DNA of 64,000 nt, from positions 3,410,001-3,474,000 of the forward strand of contig NW_027271056.1 in the NCBI RefSeq assembly GCF_040938485.1, given 5' to 3'. The position numbers and the translations under genes are program-made. This document shows positions 48,097 through 61,812 of the stretch, piece after piece. Below the pieces are notes generated by a model. That model worked only from the letters and a program-made list of their open reading frames with translations. It was not told where the DNA came from and did not search any database. Numbering within the stretch: the stretch's first letter is position 1; each line of letters begins with the position of its first letter. This DNA comes from Diadema antillarum (lineage: Eukaryota).

Positions 48097-48611
48097 TGAG
48101 CGAAACACTACGACCATGAACGTTCCTCTCTATAAGCTTCGGTAATGATGGGTGGATTGATAAACGGTAGGAAGCTGAACACCAGTTTGGTTGGATTTAA
48201 TATCGTGTACGTTGTTTATGTGACAACCTGTGTAGTGCGCTCCCTCGAGAGAGAGTTAAGGAATAAATCGGTCAGAGCCCACGACGGGATAGAGAAGCGC
48301 TGTTTTCTTCTCTTTTTTTTCACAATAACTGCTTTGTAAAATATAGGCACTCTTATATTGTAAGGTCTGCATCATATTTTTTAATTTGTATTTATTGTCG
48401 TTGTTGTTTTATGTGAATTTTGATATGTATGTCAAGTGGACCCCTTTGAAAATCAGCCGTGCTGAAAGGGTTATCCACCCTATTGCTGGAAATTCATAAT
48501 GAATAAAAAAATACTTGCGACAAACTCTATGTGGTAGAAATAAAAGGATTGAGAATTGGAAAGCAGTTCCCTCCATTTCCGACAACTTTTCCTTGATACG
48601 ACTCAGTTACA

Positions 48612-48853
48612 CACTCTTAAAACATCCGAGTCAGAACTGACCCGGAACTGGGTCCATTGGGGTCACACACCGTTCCGGGTCAGAAATGACAAGGAATGGG
48701 GTCAGATATGACCCATTCAGAGTCATGAATTGGGTCAGGGTGACCCCATTCGGGTCTTCATGACCAAATTCCAAGTCATTTTTTACCTGGAACGGTGTGT
48801 GACCCCAACGGACCCAGTTCCGGGTCAGTTCTGATTCGGATGTTTTAAGAGTG
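48612..48853. mobile_element. CACTA/EnSpm-type MITE (second family)
   Basis: CA|CACTCTTAAAACATCCGAGTCAGAACTGACCCGGAACTGGGTCC ... GGACCCAGTTCCGGGTCAGTTCTGATTCGGATGTTTTAAGAGTG|CA; ~70-bp near-perfect TIR, 2-bp TSD CA. Confidence 0.9.
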
Positions 48854-49333
48854 CAGTTTGTCTATGCATTTCCTTAAACTATGTTTTTTGTTATATTGTA
48901 AAAAAAAAAGAGCTGCTTCGATTTCGATTGTACATGCAAATGTCGTAGTGTACTTTATACTTTTGTTGGAAATGAAATAAGATGAAAATGAAATAAAAAT
49001 GAAAATGATGAGTAAGATGAGAGCACACTCAGGGGCAGGGGTTTCCTCCTCTTCCCCTTGCAATGAGCTGCCTATCTTAAGCTAGCGAGCTCTTTCAACC
49101 GAGCAGGGAACAGAGCCAGTGTTGTTGCATTTCTACATTCATTGTGTACTTATGTTGTTTACAGTTGTCGTGTTTTTCGGACGAATGTTAGCATATCCTC
49201 ACTTTAACCGCTGTTCCATGTGAGGTGAGGATAGAAGTGACATCCCTTTTGAACACCCTGTTTGTGGTGATCGATCAATTACAGCTTTCGCCAGGGATGA
49301 GAGAGAGGGAGGGAGAGAAAGAGACAGAAAGAA

Positions 49334-49367
<34 letters not shown>

Positions 49368-50725
49368 ACCGCTCCCGGCCTATGCCAGGTGCCTCACTCG
49401 AAATCCGGAGCCGTGGCAAAAGTGAAGAATGGCAGCTTCCTATTGCTCCTGTAACGTAGCGGATAAGGCGCTCCGAGTTAAATGCGCCGGTAATCACACA
49501 AAATGTGTCATATTTCAATCAGTCATAACTTTGTTTTCCCTGTTTTCAGAGATCTTTCTTTGAATCAATGAACGAGCTGATTAAAAACGTTCCATATGAT
49601 TTTAACATAGGACTACCGTCATGTAAAAGTCCTTGTTCATGATGACATATCTTACTGTTTTTCTAACGCTTTTGTTATAAGGTTCGGAAGGCACATTGTA
49701 TTATCAGAAAGGTGTAAAACATTAAAACTTTTCACAAGAGTTTCAAGAGGCCAGACTGTGAAATTAGCGTATTTGGTACTTTGTAAGCAAATTTACTCTA
49801 AGTCTGCAAAGATGTTCTCTTTTCTCGCACCCCTCCCTCTTTTACTTTGTGAAGGGGTGCATGTTTGTATCATCCTCATGTTGCCTCGCGGGTTAAACCT
49901 CCCTGGTTAAACAGTGCAAGAGAGGCCAGCTGAGGCCATTGCTCTATTATTTTGTTCTTGTAGGGAGGCTGTGACCGTCTGTCTCGGCCGAGCCTGGCCG
50001 AGCAACCCTGATGTCTGCTCACAAATAATTCAACATGTTGGGCACAGCGCTAGTGGCTCATTCCCAGCGATCTGTGATGGCGCTACACTTGTGACATTAA
50101 TGTGTGATGTTGTTCCGGTGACGCACACTAACTTGTCTTTATTTCATGGCGTTCAAGATCAAGTATTGTCTTTGGGTAGCTACCAGAAAAGCAAACTAAA
50201 CAAATAAACACACACACAAAAGACAAAAGACAAAAAAAAACCCACTACCAAGAACTAAACAAAACGAAACAAAAACAAAACAAAACAAAAAACAAAACCG
50301 AAATCTCCAAGTTTCGATGAATTCTTCCCTTCGGAATACATAAAAATCCGTAAAAATGCTGAAAATGTTTGCAAACAATGTATCGAAAAAATCTTGACAG
50401 TCGTCTTTTATCTGAAGATGTTCTCTGATACTATAACGACACATAATTGTAAAGTACTAATTCATAATCCATAAATATACGTTTGTATCTTTCACGCACG
50501 TGTTCCAGGACACATTTTTTTTTCTTACTTGTTCACATTAGTCTATACCATTAGATTATAGCCGTGTGATACAACTCAGTACGAAACATGGCCAATATTA
50601 TGTCCCGCATGCAGATCTTCGTTCCCACATCACATTGCAGCTTTGACATTATCACGTGTCTAGACTTTACCACTCCTGGTCCGGGCAGACAGTGAGAGCG
50701 GACACTATCATTTACTCGGATAATA

Positions 50726-51262
50726 CACTGCAAAAAGTTCGGTGTTAAATAAACACCGAGCTGGCGTTAGATTCCCGGCTCTCATTTTGTGGTGTTCAAT
50801 TAACACCTCCGGGTGTCACTTCAAAATATAAAACTTATTTCTAGATAGGTAATTAGTTACTATTCTTCTTGTTGATTTTGAAGTTCAACAAGACGAACAA
50901 GAACTTTCCGATAAAGTACTTCATTTTTGGAAAAAAAAAGTTGTGAACACATTTACACCACAGTAACAGCAGTTGGTGTGGTCTCCTATTGACACTGGGC
51001 GGGTGTTATACCAAAGAAATTAACTCAATATCAAATCAACACCATGTAGTGTCATTGTTGAATTAACACCAGCACGGTGTCAAGATATCACCAGCTATAC
51101 AATGTCAAATTAACACCACGAAGTGCCAGGACCAGGTGAACACTTTTCAGCACCATCACAACATTACTTTCTACATCTGTCGGTGTGGTCCTCTATTGGC
51201 ACTTGGCCGGTGTTAGATTTACCACCCATGGTGTTAAATCGAACACCGCTCTTTGTTCAGTG
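50726..51262. mobile_element. CACTA/EnSpm-type element, inverted copy of 40421-40951
   Basis: TA|CACTGCAAAAAG ... TTCAGTG|TA; reverse complement colinear with 40421-40951. Confidence 0.85.
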
Positions 51263-53418
51263 TAAGGAAGATATAAAACTTTATACTACCAGTCGTGTAC
51301 CAGTAATGCATGTAGGGAGAAGACTTCATTCAAACTTGACTAAAGCCCTCCCCACCCCTCTCTCTTGCTGTAATGGCATACCCACTGCCATGGTCACATC
51401 AGGGTATATGCGATGTGGACGTACCAGTATCACCGGGTGACAATAAACATATCTTAATTTACGACTGTGAAATCAGACCCCAAATCCGATGAAAGAAAGG
51501 AAGGAAGTTATGTCGAGATGGGCGAAAATGATACTGACGGCTGTCGCCATGACACACCTGATATCTCTTTATTGCATTGTGAAATAATATTGCCTCGCTT
51601 TCTGGTTTACGTTACAGGTGTTATGTAGCAAAACGTATGAGAGTGACAGCAGCCACAGTCGTAATTGGTAATATTGGCCCCTTTGGTTCGACAAAATTAA
51701 TGTCCACCATTCGAAGTTGTATGCGCATGAGCATTTTCCTTGTCTGTGGAAGCTAAAAGGGCGTATTTTATATCAACATATCTTTGGCCACTAATCAAGG
51801 AGACAATGAAGGAGAGATGTCAAGTAAATATGAGCACGAAGGTGCATGCATCCCGCGGGCTGAGTTAAAGAGGATGATTAAGTTATCATCATGTTCACAG
51901 TTTGGGCTCTGTTTGAAAGTCTGAAGAGGTGTGGAAGAGCCGTCTCCCTTGGCGTTAGCTTTCTTCGACTTAATGATTTCCACGCTCTCTCGAAGGTGAC
52001 CCTCTTCTGTCGAAGCCAGTCAATTCTAACTCGGTGCCTGGCCTTTTATTAACTAGAAAATTTCGGATCTCTGCGAATGGCGCAGGTCACCGAACCTCTC
52101 CCGTGTCATTCCCTCCTCGATTCCCTCATCCCTGGAAGTTTGGGGGCCTCATCATACACCTTGGTGATACGATGGGGAACTCAAACACGTGAGAGTCGGA
52201 AGGAGGGTTCGTGCATCAGCATGAAAATCACTCAAGTGTGCTGAGGGGAGTTTGTGAGAGATTGGGTGGGAAGGAAAACTCCTCACCATGTTCGTAAAGT
52301 CAACTTTACGAAGTAGAATTCAGTCAGACACATATGTAAAACAGTGAAAGCTTCGCACATATTCAGCCAAAAAAAAAAGTAATGGTATTTCAAAGTTTTA
52401 CATTGTTTCTCGATGTTGTGATATTAGTAAAAAACATATAGCCAATCAGAAGACGACTGATGATCATGTTATCGCCTAGCCACTCTCCAACCGGCTAGAA
52501 CAGACATTATAACTAACTTGTTATTTGATGATATTACTTAATATTACATGTTTCTTATTATATTAAACGTGCAAATTATAAATTCGGAATTACAAATAGT
52601 GTTTTTTGTTTCAATTATCTTCTTTGGCATGGGAGGCGATGTCGATAGTTTTTACGCTGAACTTTCTCTCCTCCAGCCGTTCTTTATTTCACCTGTCTTT
52701 TTTTTTCTGTTATTATTCTTCCTTGTGTTCTGTTTCTATCGAATTCGAGTGCGCTTTGGAAAACATGTATTTGATTCGTAACCATGACAACATGCTGGCC
52801 AGATGCCCATCAAATGGCAGGTGAATGGCTGAAAGTGAATCACATGAGCGACGAATCGTTGACTTCTATTTGACAGGGACCTTTATATCTCATGAATTTT
52901 ACCGAAGCTTTGAGATGGGGGGGGGGGGGGGGGAACCTATACATTCTCGGTACATCTGCCTCTGATCCCTTAATGTTTTTCGTGCAAAGCGCTGTCAAAT
53001 TAGTTGCCGATTTACAGATGGCTGTCAGTGTAAGGATGTGGAAGGTCAAAGGTCAAAGGAGATACCGTCAAAACATGTAAAGCAGCACGTTCATGTGCAC
53101 CGACTGTTCGGGTAACTTGTGGATTGAAGAAGCAGATGCTGCAGAAAAAGACATACTTTGCCAGTCAACGCCATCCTCGAGTCGACTTCCATAACCAGAG
53201 TATAATCAGGTGACTATAGTCAGTATATGGAGGAAGTTTCATTAAAATCGGACTTGAAACAAATTTGTGGAACCTTAAAGTTTTCCGTGTTTTTATTGAT
53301 TAGTTTATCATTACAACATATTCATATTAGCTAAGATGATCACGTCATCGACTGTCAAAACAATATCATTTTGTTTACGATGATTCTACAACTACAGCCC
53401 TTTCCCCCTAAAAACTGA

Positions 53419-53616
53419 TAGATTGTTGCAACACAACAACAAAACATTGACGCAAGTATTAATTTTTTATTCCATGTCAAAAGAGGAATTCAGTAAAGAT
53501 TTAATATTTCTGTCAATTAGATTGTTGCAACACAGCAACAAAACTTTGATGCAAGTATTAATTTTTTGTTCCATGTCAAAAGAGGAATTCAGTAAAGATT
53601 TAATATTTCTGTCAAT
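53419..53616. repeat. 99-bp tandem duplication (2 units)
   Basis: TAGATTGTTGCAACAC...ATATTTCTGTCAAT repeats at 53419 and 53518 with few substitutions. Confidence 0.93.
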
Positions 53617-56600
53617 ATAGAGACTTGCGAAGTCAAGACATTATCAGCTCCTCCGAGTCCCATCATGTGGTTGAGATTGACATCATTGGTACGTAAAAAC
53701 ATGTGGAACTGCTTAAACTTCCTTAACTTTCCTATTTTAGGCCCAATTTTTACGAAAATTGTACCATTTCATTTGCTTGATTTCACTCTTCCTATTAAGA
53801 ACTAGATAGTTTAAAATCGATGAGAAATTGCGCACAAATTCTACTGACGAATATCAAATTGAAGTAAAAATTAATAATCAAGGTCACAATTATAACAAAA
53901 AGTAATAGACGATACCTACGGAAAAAACAAAACAAAACAAAAACAATAACTCCGCAACGATGCACTCTAATTCTGTACTATGAGCGAATCGAGCTGTCGC
54001 TGAATTCCTCCAACAAGTTTTAAATATGCAGCAGTTGACCAAAAGTTGACAGACAGTTTGACCGGGGAGGTGACCTCCCTGGTTTAACAACGTGCTCCGC
54101 GTATGACATTGACATTTATTGATTGATTGTATAATTTATATTCAGAATGATGACCTTTTAAACCCTGAGGCACATGAACCCTTTCAAAACGACCATCCCC
54201 AAAATGCCATAGAATAGTATAAACAGATGTATGGAAATTAGTTGCTAATAGTATACAGAGTAAACAGTTCTGAACATAGTTCATATTAGGGAATCGCCTT
54301 GTCCCCCTTGCTCCAAGGGCGGGACAAATCTCACTATATATGTTTCGATCATGATGACTAGTTCAGCAATGATGCGAATGCACTCATTGCTCCTGGTTTA
54401 AGTAGCTGTTTGTGATCCAGCTCCTGTTTGTTGCCATGCCAATTCTACTGCAGCTTTTGGCGCTTTTTAGAACCTCAAAACTCGCAGAGGAACATTAAAA
54501 GCGACAAATGCAGATCTTCGCTCTATCATTTAGATAATATTTTTGGTATCGGGTAGCACTAACTTGGAGACTTGTTGACTGGCCGACACAGATTGTTCTA
54601 TTTCATTTTGATTTTATTCACAATCATTAATTATTTACACTTCCGCGAAAAAAAACCAACAACACATGCACTAGAAAGGGGACCTCTTGGCAAAGGAAGA
54701 GTATTGTTTATCTGGTTCTGCTTTTAAAGCATTCGTCTACTATAGCATGACTATAATTTCTGTAAAGAGAAGATCATGGAATAATTAATCCCATACACGG
54801 AATTTATGAAGTAGGCCTACATACTATATAGATTATGCGAGCGAATTTCGTCAGTTTGAGCTAGCATACATTCAATGCTCATTCCTTCCAAAATAAACGA
54901 TCGGGTCCATGCACTGTATCGATAATAGCAGGGAGGTGAGTCTCACCTCCCTGTAAGACATTTTAACAGGCCGCAGCAGGGAGGCCGCACGCACGCTCGC
55001 AAGTTCATTCATCAATAAATTGCGCTAGCGTTCAGCGCTAGCGCGCTATTCCATTTCGCTTTATTGCATTGGAGATATACATTGAGTAAATACATACTCG
55101 GATAGCCAAAAATGAGAACGAAGACTTTTATGGATTTCATCGGCGTTTAGACGAAGAGGATGATTAAAAGACTATGCACTCGGTAAAGTTGGCTGGTTAG
55201 ACTCATGACGAAAATACCAGATGTTACAAACGTGGAGCAGATGACATCTGTTTTGAAGTATGAAACTATTATACGGAGTGTTACTCAAACAAGGCTTGCT
55301 GTATGTAATCTACCAGGTTTTGACTGCGATCTGAGCTGGGTTTTTTTTTATCATTATCATAATTTCTTTTTTTAATCATGGACAAACGACTACACTGGGT
55401 ATCTCTTGCTTTGCAAACGACCCAGTCTTTGCTCTTCTCCGATGTTGAAGTTTGATATGAAACCGAGTCTGCCATGATGGGATCTATAAGCCAGGAGCGC
55501 TCTACAAACAGTTATCAAACATTCTGTCCCATAATTATCGACTCGTTATACCCACAAGAAAACGACAGTTTTCGCTCCTTTCCCCTTACTTTTATCGTCG
55601 AAGGGGATTAAACTGCCGTGTAGATAGCATGATGTTGTCATATTTCCTGCATAATTGAAGAACACGTGTTAAGTTTTCATGAATAACTAATTTGAGCTTT
55701 GTGACTTCTAGCATGAGTAGCGGTCACTCACCTTCCCCACTCGTGGTCTAGTCTTCCACCAATCAGACTCAATACTGTCGTCATGTTTGCCTACCATAAA
55801 AGTTGAACGAATAACCTGTCATGGTTTCTGGGCATGGTTTCTGGCTAGACCAGTAGAGTGTTAAAAAATATATAAATTTCACAACAAATATGTCAACTCT
55901 ATTATAACGGCGTGAAAAAATGGCGTGGCCAGACACGTAGATGGCGCGAAGATGATTCATAACTTATTATAATACACACGGTGACAATGGATTAGTCGAA
56001 CAGATCGCCACAACAGTACCGGGTGTTTCGATTAATTTCATCGTTGACGTCTGTTTCCGAAGAACTAGCCCCTTGACACCTGCCCACCATAATTAACCAC
56101 CGGATAATTACTCCGCACATAATTCTCCCCGGACACCCTCTCTAAGACAAAAATATTACCCAGGACAATTACTCCTGTCCGGCTGACTGCCCCGTGGGAC
56201 AGCCACTCGGAGATAATTGCCTACACGCTTATTGTTTGGATTTTCTTAATTCTGACTTTATTTTTCCCAATTGCAATGTGACTGATGAGTGGTTGTTGTT
56301 GCTTTTTTTTTTGCCAATCTGTTGACCCTTGCTTTGAATATTTCTGCAATTAGGCCTATACTTCTTTTTTTTTTCACGAACTATGTTCTCCCACAAGTCG
56401 CGTATTAGATTAAAAAATGTACCCGTATCTTGTCACCAGAAAGTATAGCACCTGTTCATACCGGGTCAGATCTCAGATGTGAATGAGGACAATCTGGAGT
56501 AGCAAATAAGCACTGACTCGCTCGTAAACCAACGACTTATAATCTGGAAGAGAGTGTAGATTTCCTCATAACCAGCAGTTATAGAGTACATCTGAAATTA

Positions 56601-56708
56601 CTAATGAAAGTGACTTTTTGACTCAAGAGCAGGTGTCGCGGCTTTCGCTCTTTTCTCTCGTTCTCGTGGTATATGTGACTGTCTTGTCTCCATTTCTCTC
56701 TGAATGCC

Positions 56709-56710
<2 letters not shown>

Positions 56711-56747
<37 letters not shown>
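56711..56747. repeat. (GT)n microsatellite
   Basis: Direct reading. Confidence 0.95.
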
Positions 56748-56749
<2 letters not shown>

Positions 56750-59700
56750 CGCGCTCCGAAACCTATCAGAGAAATATCATCACTGGTATGGGCGCAACCC
56801 TATACGCGTACAAGACTCGTTATCGTCCGAGTTCTGTCTGCCATTCCGCTCAGAGATCGAAGTTGTGACGAAATCCCCGGGATCGCGCTCTCGGCTTTAC
56901 CCTCAGCCGCCCTGCAAGTATTTGCGGATGATGTTTCACCAATAACAGGACAGTTGATACCGATACGAAACTACAAATAAAAGACATTGCTACCTGACTC
57001 CCATCCTTTACTTCGATAAACGACACACCGAGTGACGTGCGTTAGACGACGCTAATGTGGGTCGGAAAGGGCATGAGACTTGTGTTGGTTTTCTGAATGT
57101 TAACGACAAACAGTGGGCGAAGATCCTGCATTTCTATGAAGGGAGTAGTCAGCTTTCAGTAGTAATATTATGGTACGAAGACGGCAAGTTTCATGAGGAA
57201 TGTACAGATGTAGTGTGAAATAATTGAATGTACTTGTAGTTAGCGTGCCTATAATTCTGCAGCTAAATAAAAATGCATTGGTATATTGTTCTAAGTTTAT
57301 AGGAATCACAAAAATATTCTTCCCTAATCGTTTGAGTTTTTTGAAGGACCTGAAATGCTAGTCCAGTCTTTTTGGCAGCTTCTTTTTTATGCAATTGCTT
57401 CATCCACAGAGGCACCTCCCGAAATGAATTCATTTTAAGATGTAACTCCATAGATGAGAGAAAGTAAAACAAAAACTAATAATATTGAGCGTTGTATTGC
57501 TTACTTTTCGTGTCCTATACATTGTGTGGTTCCCCATTAAGTAAACAGAACAGATTATTGTTGAATGATGTATTGTGGTCTATATGAGAATCTTTCATAC
57601 AGTTAAAAGGCGAACAAGTGTAAATAAGCACGTCCCGTAATCATTAGTCTGTTCATTCATACCTAGCCATATAGTGCAGACTATACCGTGACGTCCTCTA
57701 TGCTATATACGAAGAATTTGAGGGATTAGATTCCTGATTATAGAGACTAATGCCTGCGACCCGCGGGCGGAGAGTATAATGACACTATTTCTCGCAACAA
57801 AGTTGTAATCAGGATTATGGGATGAATTCAAATTTTCCCAGAAGATGATTTGTAAAAATTACATGAAAATCCAATTTCATGCCCGAAGCTCTCGTAAATC
57901 CGCTCCCGAAATGACATCATAAGTCCACCTAGTCTTATTTTCCACACCCAATGTATGGGTTTATTTTGCTACCATCAGTACCCTTTGTAGCTTCCGATTA
58001 TCTGTTATCATTATTACGTGCCTTTGACTCCAAGGAACACGCCACAATTCACGCAGAAATAATAATAAAAAAATGACAAAACACCAGGATTTGGTAATTG
58101 TGTAATATCGTCCCGTCATCTCGTCTACTGTTATGTCCAAAGTTGCTGTGCACGGTTTCGCGGGATGATCTGGATTCACGCACGACTAATGCAACTGAGC
58201 TCTTAGAATTCTTTACAAAACAAACAAACAAACAAACAAAGAAAAAAAAACAAATGTATGTACGTGTACTCTCAATAACCGAGTTGAATTAATGGAAGAA
58301 ATATAAGAATCACACTTGAAGTGAGACACTACGGATTTTCAAAGTTTAAAATGTTTTCCCGGCAAAGTGATAACTCTCACAATCATGATTATATGCAAAT
58401 CAGATGAGCTGATGACGTCATCACCGTACAAGATTCCCATTGACCTACATGTACAAATCTATCATAAAATGTTTTGTTTTTGTAATAAAATGTTAAAAAG
58501 GAATCAAAAGAGGAGAAGGAGGAAGTGATACCAAATTGCAGACGCAGAACAGTTCCTGCAGCATATCATGATTTCTATCCGTTCAGCTTTATAAAGGTCA
58601 TGACAACTGGCAAGCAGTGATGCATGTCACCCTGCCTTATCCAACCCATTTCCCTATATTAGTAAGCTCATAAGCAGGTGTAATAAAGAGAACAGGTCTT
58701 CAGCCATTGTGACACGAATCCAAAACTGAACCATTCACACAAAGCTTTTTCTGAGATGACGTCTGTATGAACGGTAAAGACGGAACTTCATAACTTTCGT
58801 GTGAACCTAGCTATAGGGATAACGATTGTTTTACAACATAAAACCATATTATGGTGTAAGATTGTCGGCGTCATTGTGTGGTAATGTTACGGTATCATGA
58901 TGAAGATTACGATGAAAGTCTATTGATTTTCCCCAGTCATCTTTGTAACTGTGTACTAAAAGGGCGCCACTTACAAGTAATACAACCTGCATAGCTTTCA
59001 TTCAGGCCGAGATGTGATGTATGTAATCGGGGCCTGGTATAAACCAGACTGGCTAGGAAGAACCGGCGATGCGCGGTACAGGGAACGTGCTGGCGATGTA
59101 TAGTTGGTGACCATGCCCTAGAAATAGACATGACATGAAGCGTGTTATCAGTAATCGCATTATTCCGCAATAATGTTTCGCGAACAGTCATAATGGTCGG
59201 CGACTAAGGCACCACTGTTTGTCTGATTAAGAGAACAACTTCACCCGGGGCGAAGCACGACTCAGGCAGACGTGTGTGCTGTAAGGGTGGCTTGCACTTT
59301 CCCCCCATTCTCCTCATGTTTTCCTTCCTTTGAGCACAATCTTCCCACGTGATTGAGCTCTAAAACGATCTATCGTTGCAGCACAAAAGGATATGGAAAG
59401 CGATTCACAAAGATTATCTTGATTAATACGGCGGCAATGACTGTGTTGTGTACAAAGTTTTCTGGCCGCTTTTTTCCCCCGTGTTCGCCAGTTGCTCGAC
59501 TGCTCTTTCAGCGTTCAGAGGAAAAGCTATTTTTGATGCGTGGGGCTCTTGCTTTGGCAAAACAGAAAATAGGCATCGTATTCGAGGCGCCCATTGACAA
59601 AACGAGAGAGAGAGAGGGGGGGTGGGAGGGAGAGCTCAGCAATTGTTGTTCTCTGTTTAAGAATGGAGGGGACGCTTAGTTAAGGATGATTACAAAATTA

Positions 59701-61725
59701 ACAAAGAGAATACACGTTTATGCACAATGTCTATCCCATTTTACAATGATGATCGTGAAAGAGTTAGATGGCTGGGTGCGTCATGTCACCGGGTTTGGAA
59801 TCAGGAAAAAGATTACGAAAGCACGCAAGAGATCTCCACCTAGTTGAATTTCTTCAGTGGCTTACTTTTCATTACCCTTCCAATTTTGGAGTCTGAAGCG
59901 CTGTGTGTTGAAAATGTTAGGAAATATTCATAGGTACAGAATGACGTACACAGGTGCAGGACGCGATCAGTAGGCTAATCGGGGCTGGTGAACAGAAATA
60001 GAATAATGTTGTAACTTGAGAAGTATTCTTCTTTGGTATCTTTTTCTATAATATACCACCAAAAAAAAATGTAAACGAGGTTTGGCTTTTCCAGAAGGAA
60101 AATTAGCGTTGTGATATTGTGTTATTGTAAAGTAAAAAAAAGATATCTTAATTCGAGAGCGTATACCTCCAAAGAAAAACACGAAAGCTACATTTCCCTC
60201 ATAAAACGAAAACAATGAATACTTCTTCTAGTAGCCCACGTCCACAATTTCAGAGACTTCATTTCTGAACCCTCGGAAATACCTTGCAGTCAATCTCTTT
60301 TAATCAATTGTGTCAAATGCAGTGTGGAGTATGTATCTCTGCAGATCGTCCTCCCCCTCATTCATTTCATTGATTTCGCTTCTTTCATTTCCAAAGAATA
60401 GAATTATGACATTATGAATACACATAAACAAACTGTGAACTCTGAGATACAATGTAAATTTCATGAAAAATATTGAAAGATAGTTATGCCTAAAATACAA
60501 CTTTGTGTGTGTGCGTGCGTGTGTGTATTGCTATTGTTGTTGTTGTTGTTGTTTTCATATATGAGTATTCGTTTTTGGTAAGTTTGAAATCATTTCTGGC
60601 CTACATAATATTCTAAGAATTCATATTTCCTTGGAAACCTGCAATTCCTCCCAGCCTTTGCTATTCGTAGGTCTTCTCCTTTTTTTTTTCTCTCTCTCTC
60701 TCTCTGCTGTTTTGCATCTGCAATATCAGCATAATGACGGTCAATGTACACTTTTCACTGATTTTTTTAAATATATTTTTTTGTGTATATAATGTATATT
60801 GTCTCACTACAAGGTATAATTTTTTTAAAGAAATATAACAAAAATAAACTAAGCTGAAACTAAATACAAGATGACAAATATATCACTACAAGAGTGTAAA
60901 GGAATGCAATCGGAGCAATTGGAAAGCTCCCTCCTTCATTTTGGTCGTAATATATACAATTTTCGGGGACATGGACCAAATAAATGCCCTCGTATAAAGT
61001 AAGGTGAAATTTGTGCCGCAGTGTTCTTACTCGACGCCGGAATTCGGCTGCTCTCTGTACAAACAAGTGTGTGTCGCCGATGCTCCATTTTCAGGATGCT
61101 GTTAACTTGATTCTAAAGGCAAGACTGATGTCGAGAGTACATCCAAAGGATGGCGGTAAGGGGTAGCCCCTCTCGTCTCTCATCAAAGGAAATCAAATCT
61201 GCCTGGAGTCCCATCTTATGATTGTTGGATTTTTGTTGTCGGTGAAAGCATGTGATATCAATCCACCAAAAATTACCGTGATTGGGTGTTTCTGGGGTAA
61301 AATTTAGGGTAATGTCGGAAATTTAGGTCGTGTTGTCGTGTCTATATCGGAATGAAAAATAGGGCACGTTAGAGTCAGGGGGCTTTGAATATTAGTTTGC
61401 TTTTATTTTTTGCGTGTCATCCTCTTTGCTTTGTACCACTACTGTCTGCTAATCTCGACGAAAGAGTGATCTATAGCTGTTTTTTATTACAACCAGCTCT
61501 GCGAAAACACAGTATCAGGGCAAAACACTGCATTTCTAGGTTTTCAAATATTGATGAAGAGAGAATGAAGCAAGCAAGTGACAGACTGCAAGTAACAGTA
61601 GTATAATTGATGACATGTATTGACCTGAAGTTGACCTGCGTTTTAACACATCATCATTACCCAGGTCAATATAAGCATGAACTGCATCTGCTCTTCACTC
61701 ATTCAGCTTTGCGAAGAAAAAGAAA

Positions 61726-61812
61726 GAGTCTGCTCATGGGCACAAGTGCCATAAAGAGGTTCGAACCCAAGGCTTTTCGTTGAGGACAGAGTTCAATATT
61801 CACTGGACCACG
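61726..61812 (-). repeat. tRNA-derived SINE fragment with CORE-like motif
   Basis: Minus strand GTGGTCCAGTG (box A), GGGTTCGAACC (box B), then TTGTGCCCATGAGCAG, resembling the TGTGTCCTTGAGCAAG motif that follows the tRNA part of many metazoan SINEs. Confidence 0.55.

Noticed and set aside
49333-49363. Long poly-G run
   Set aside because: Simple homopolymer of uncertain length with no associated feature.
51930-52110. Minus-strand LRESVEIIK and MTRERF resemble GIY-YIG or piggyBac motifs
   Set aside because: Isolated short matches with stops between them and no supporting flanking motifs.
59353-59679. ORF beginning IYRCSTKGYGKRFT resembles a C2H2 zinc finger
   Set aside because: The second Cys is Tyr and there is no HxxxH pair; the rest is not finger-like.
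61681-61812. Upstream extension of the long + frame at 62 kb
   Set aside because: This part is the antisense of a tRNA-SINE fragment, so its openness is coincidental.
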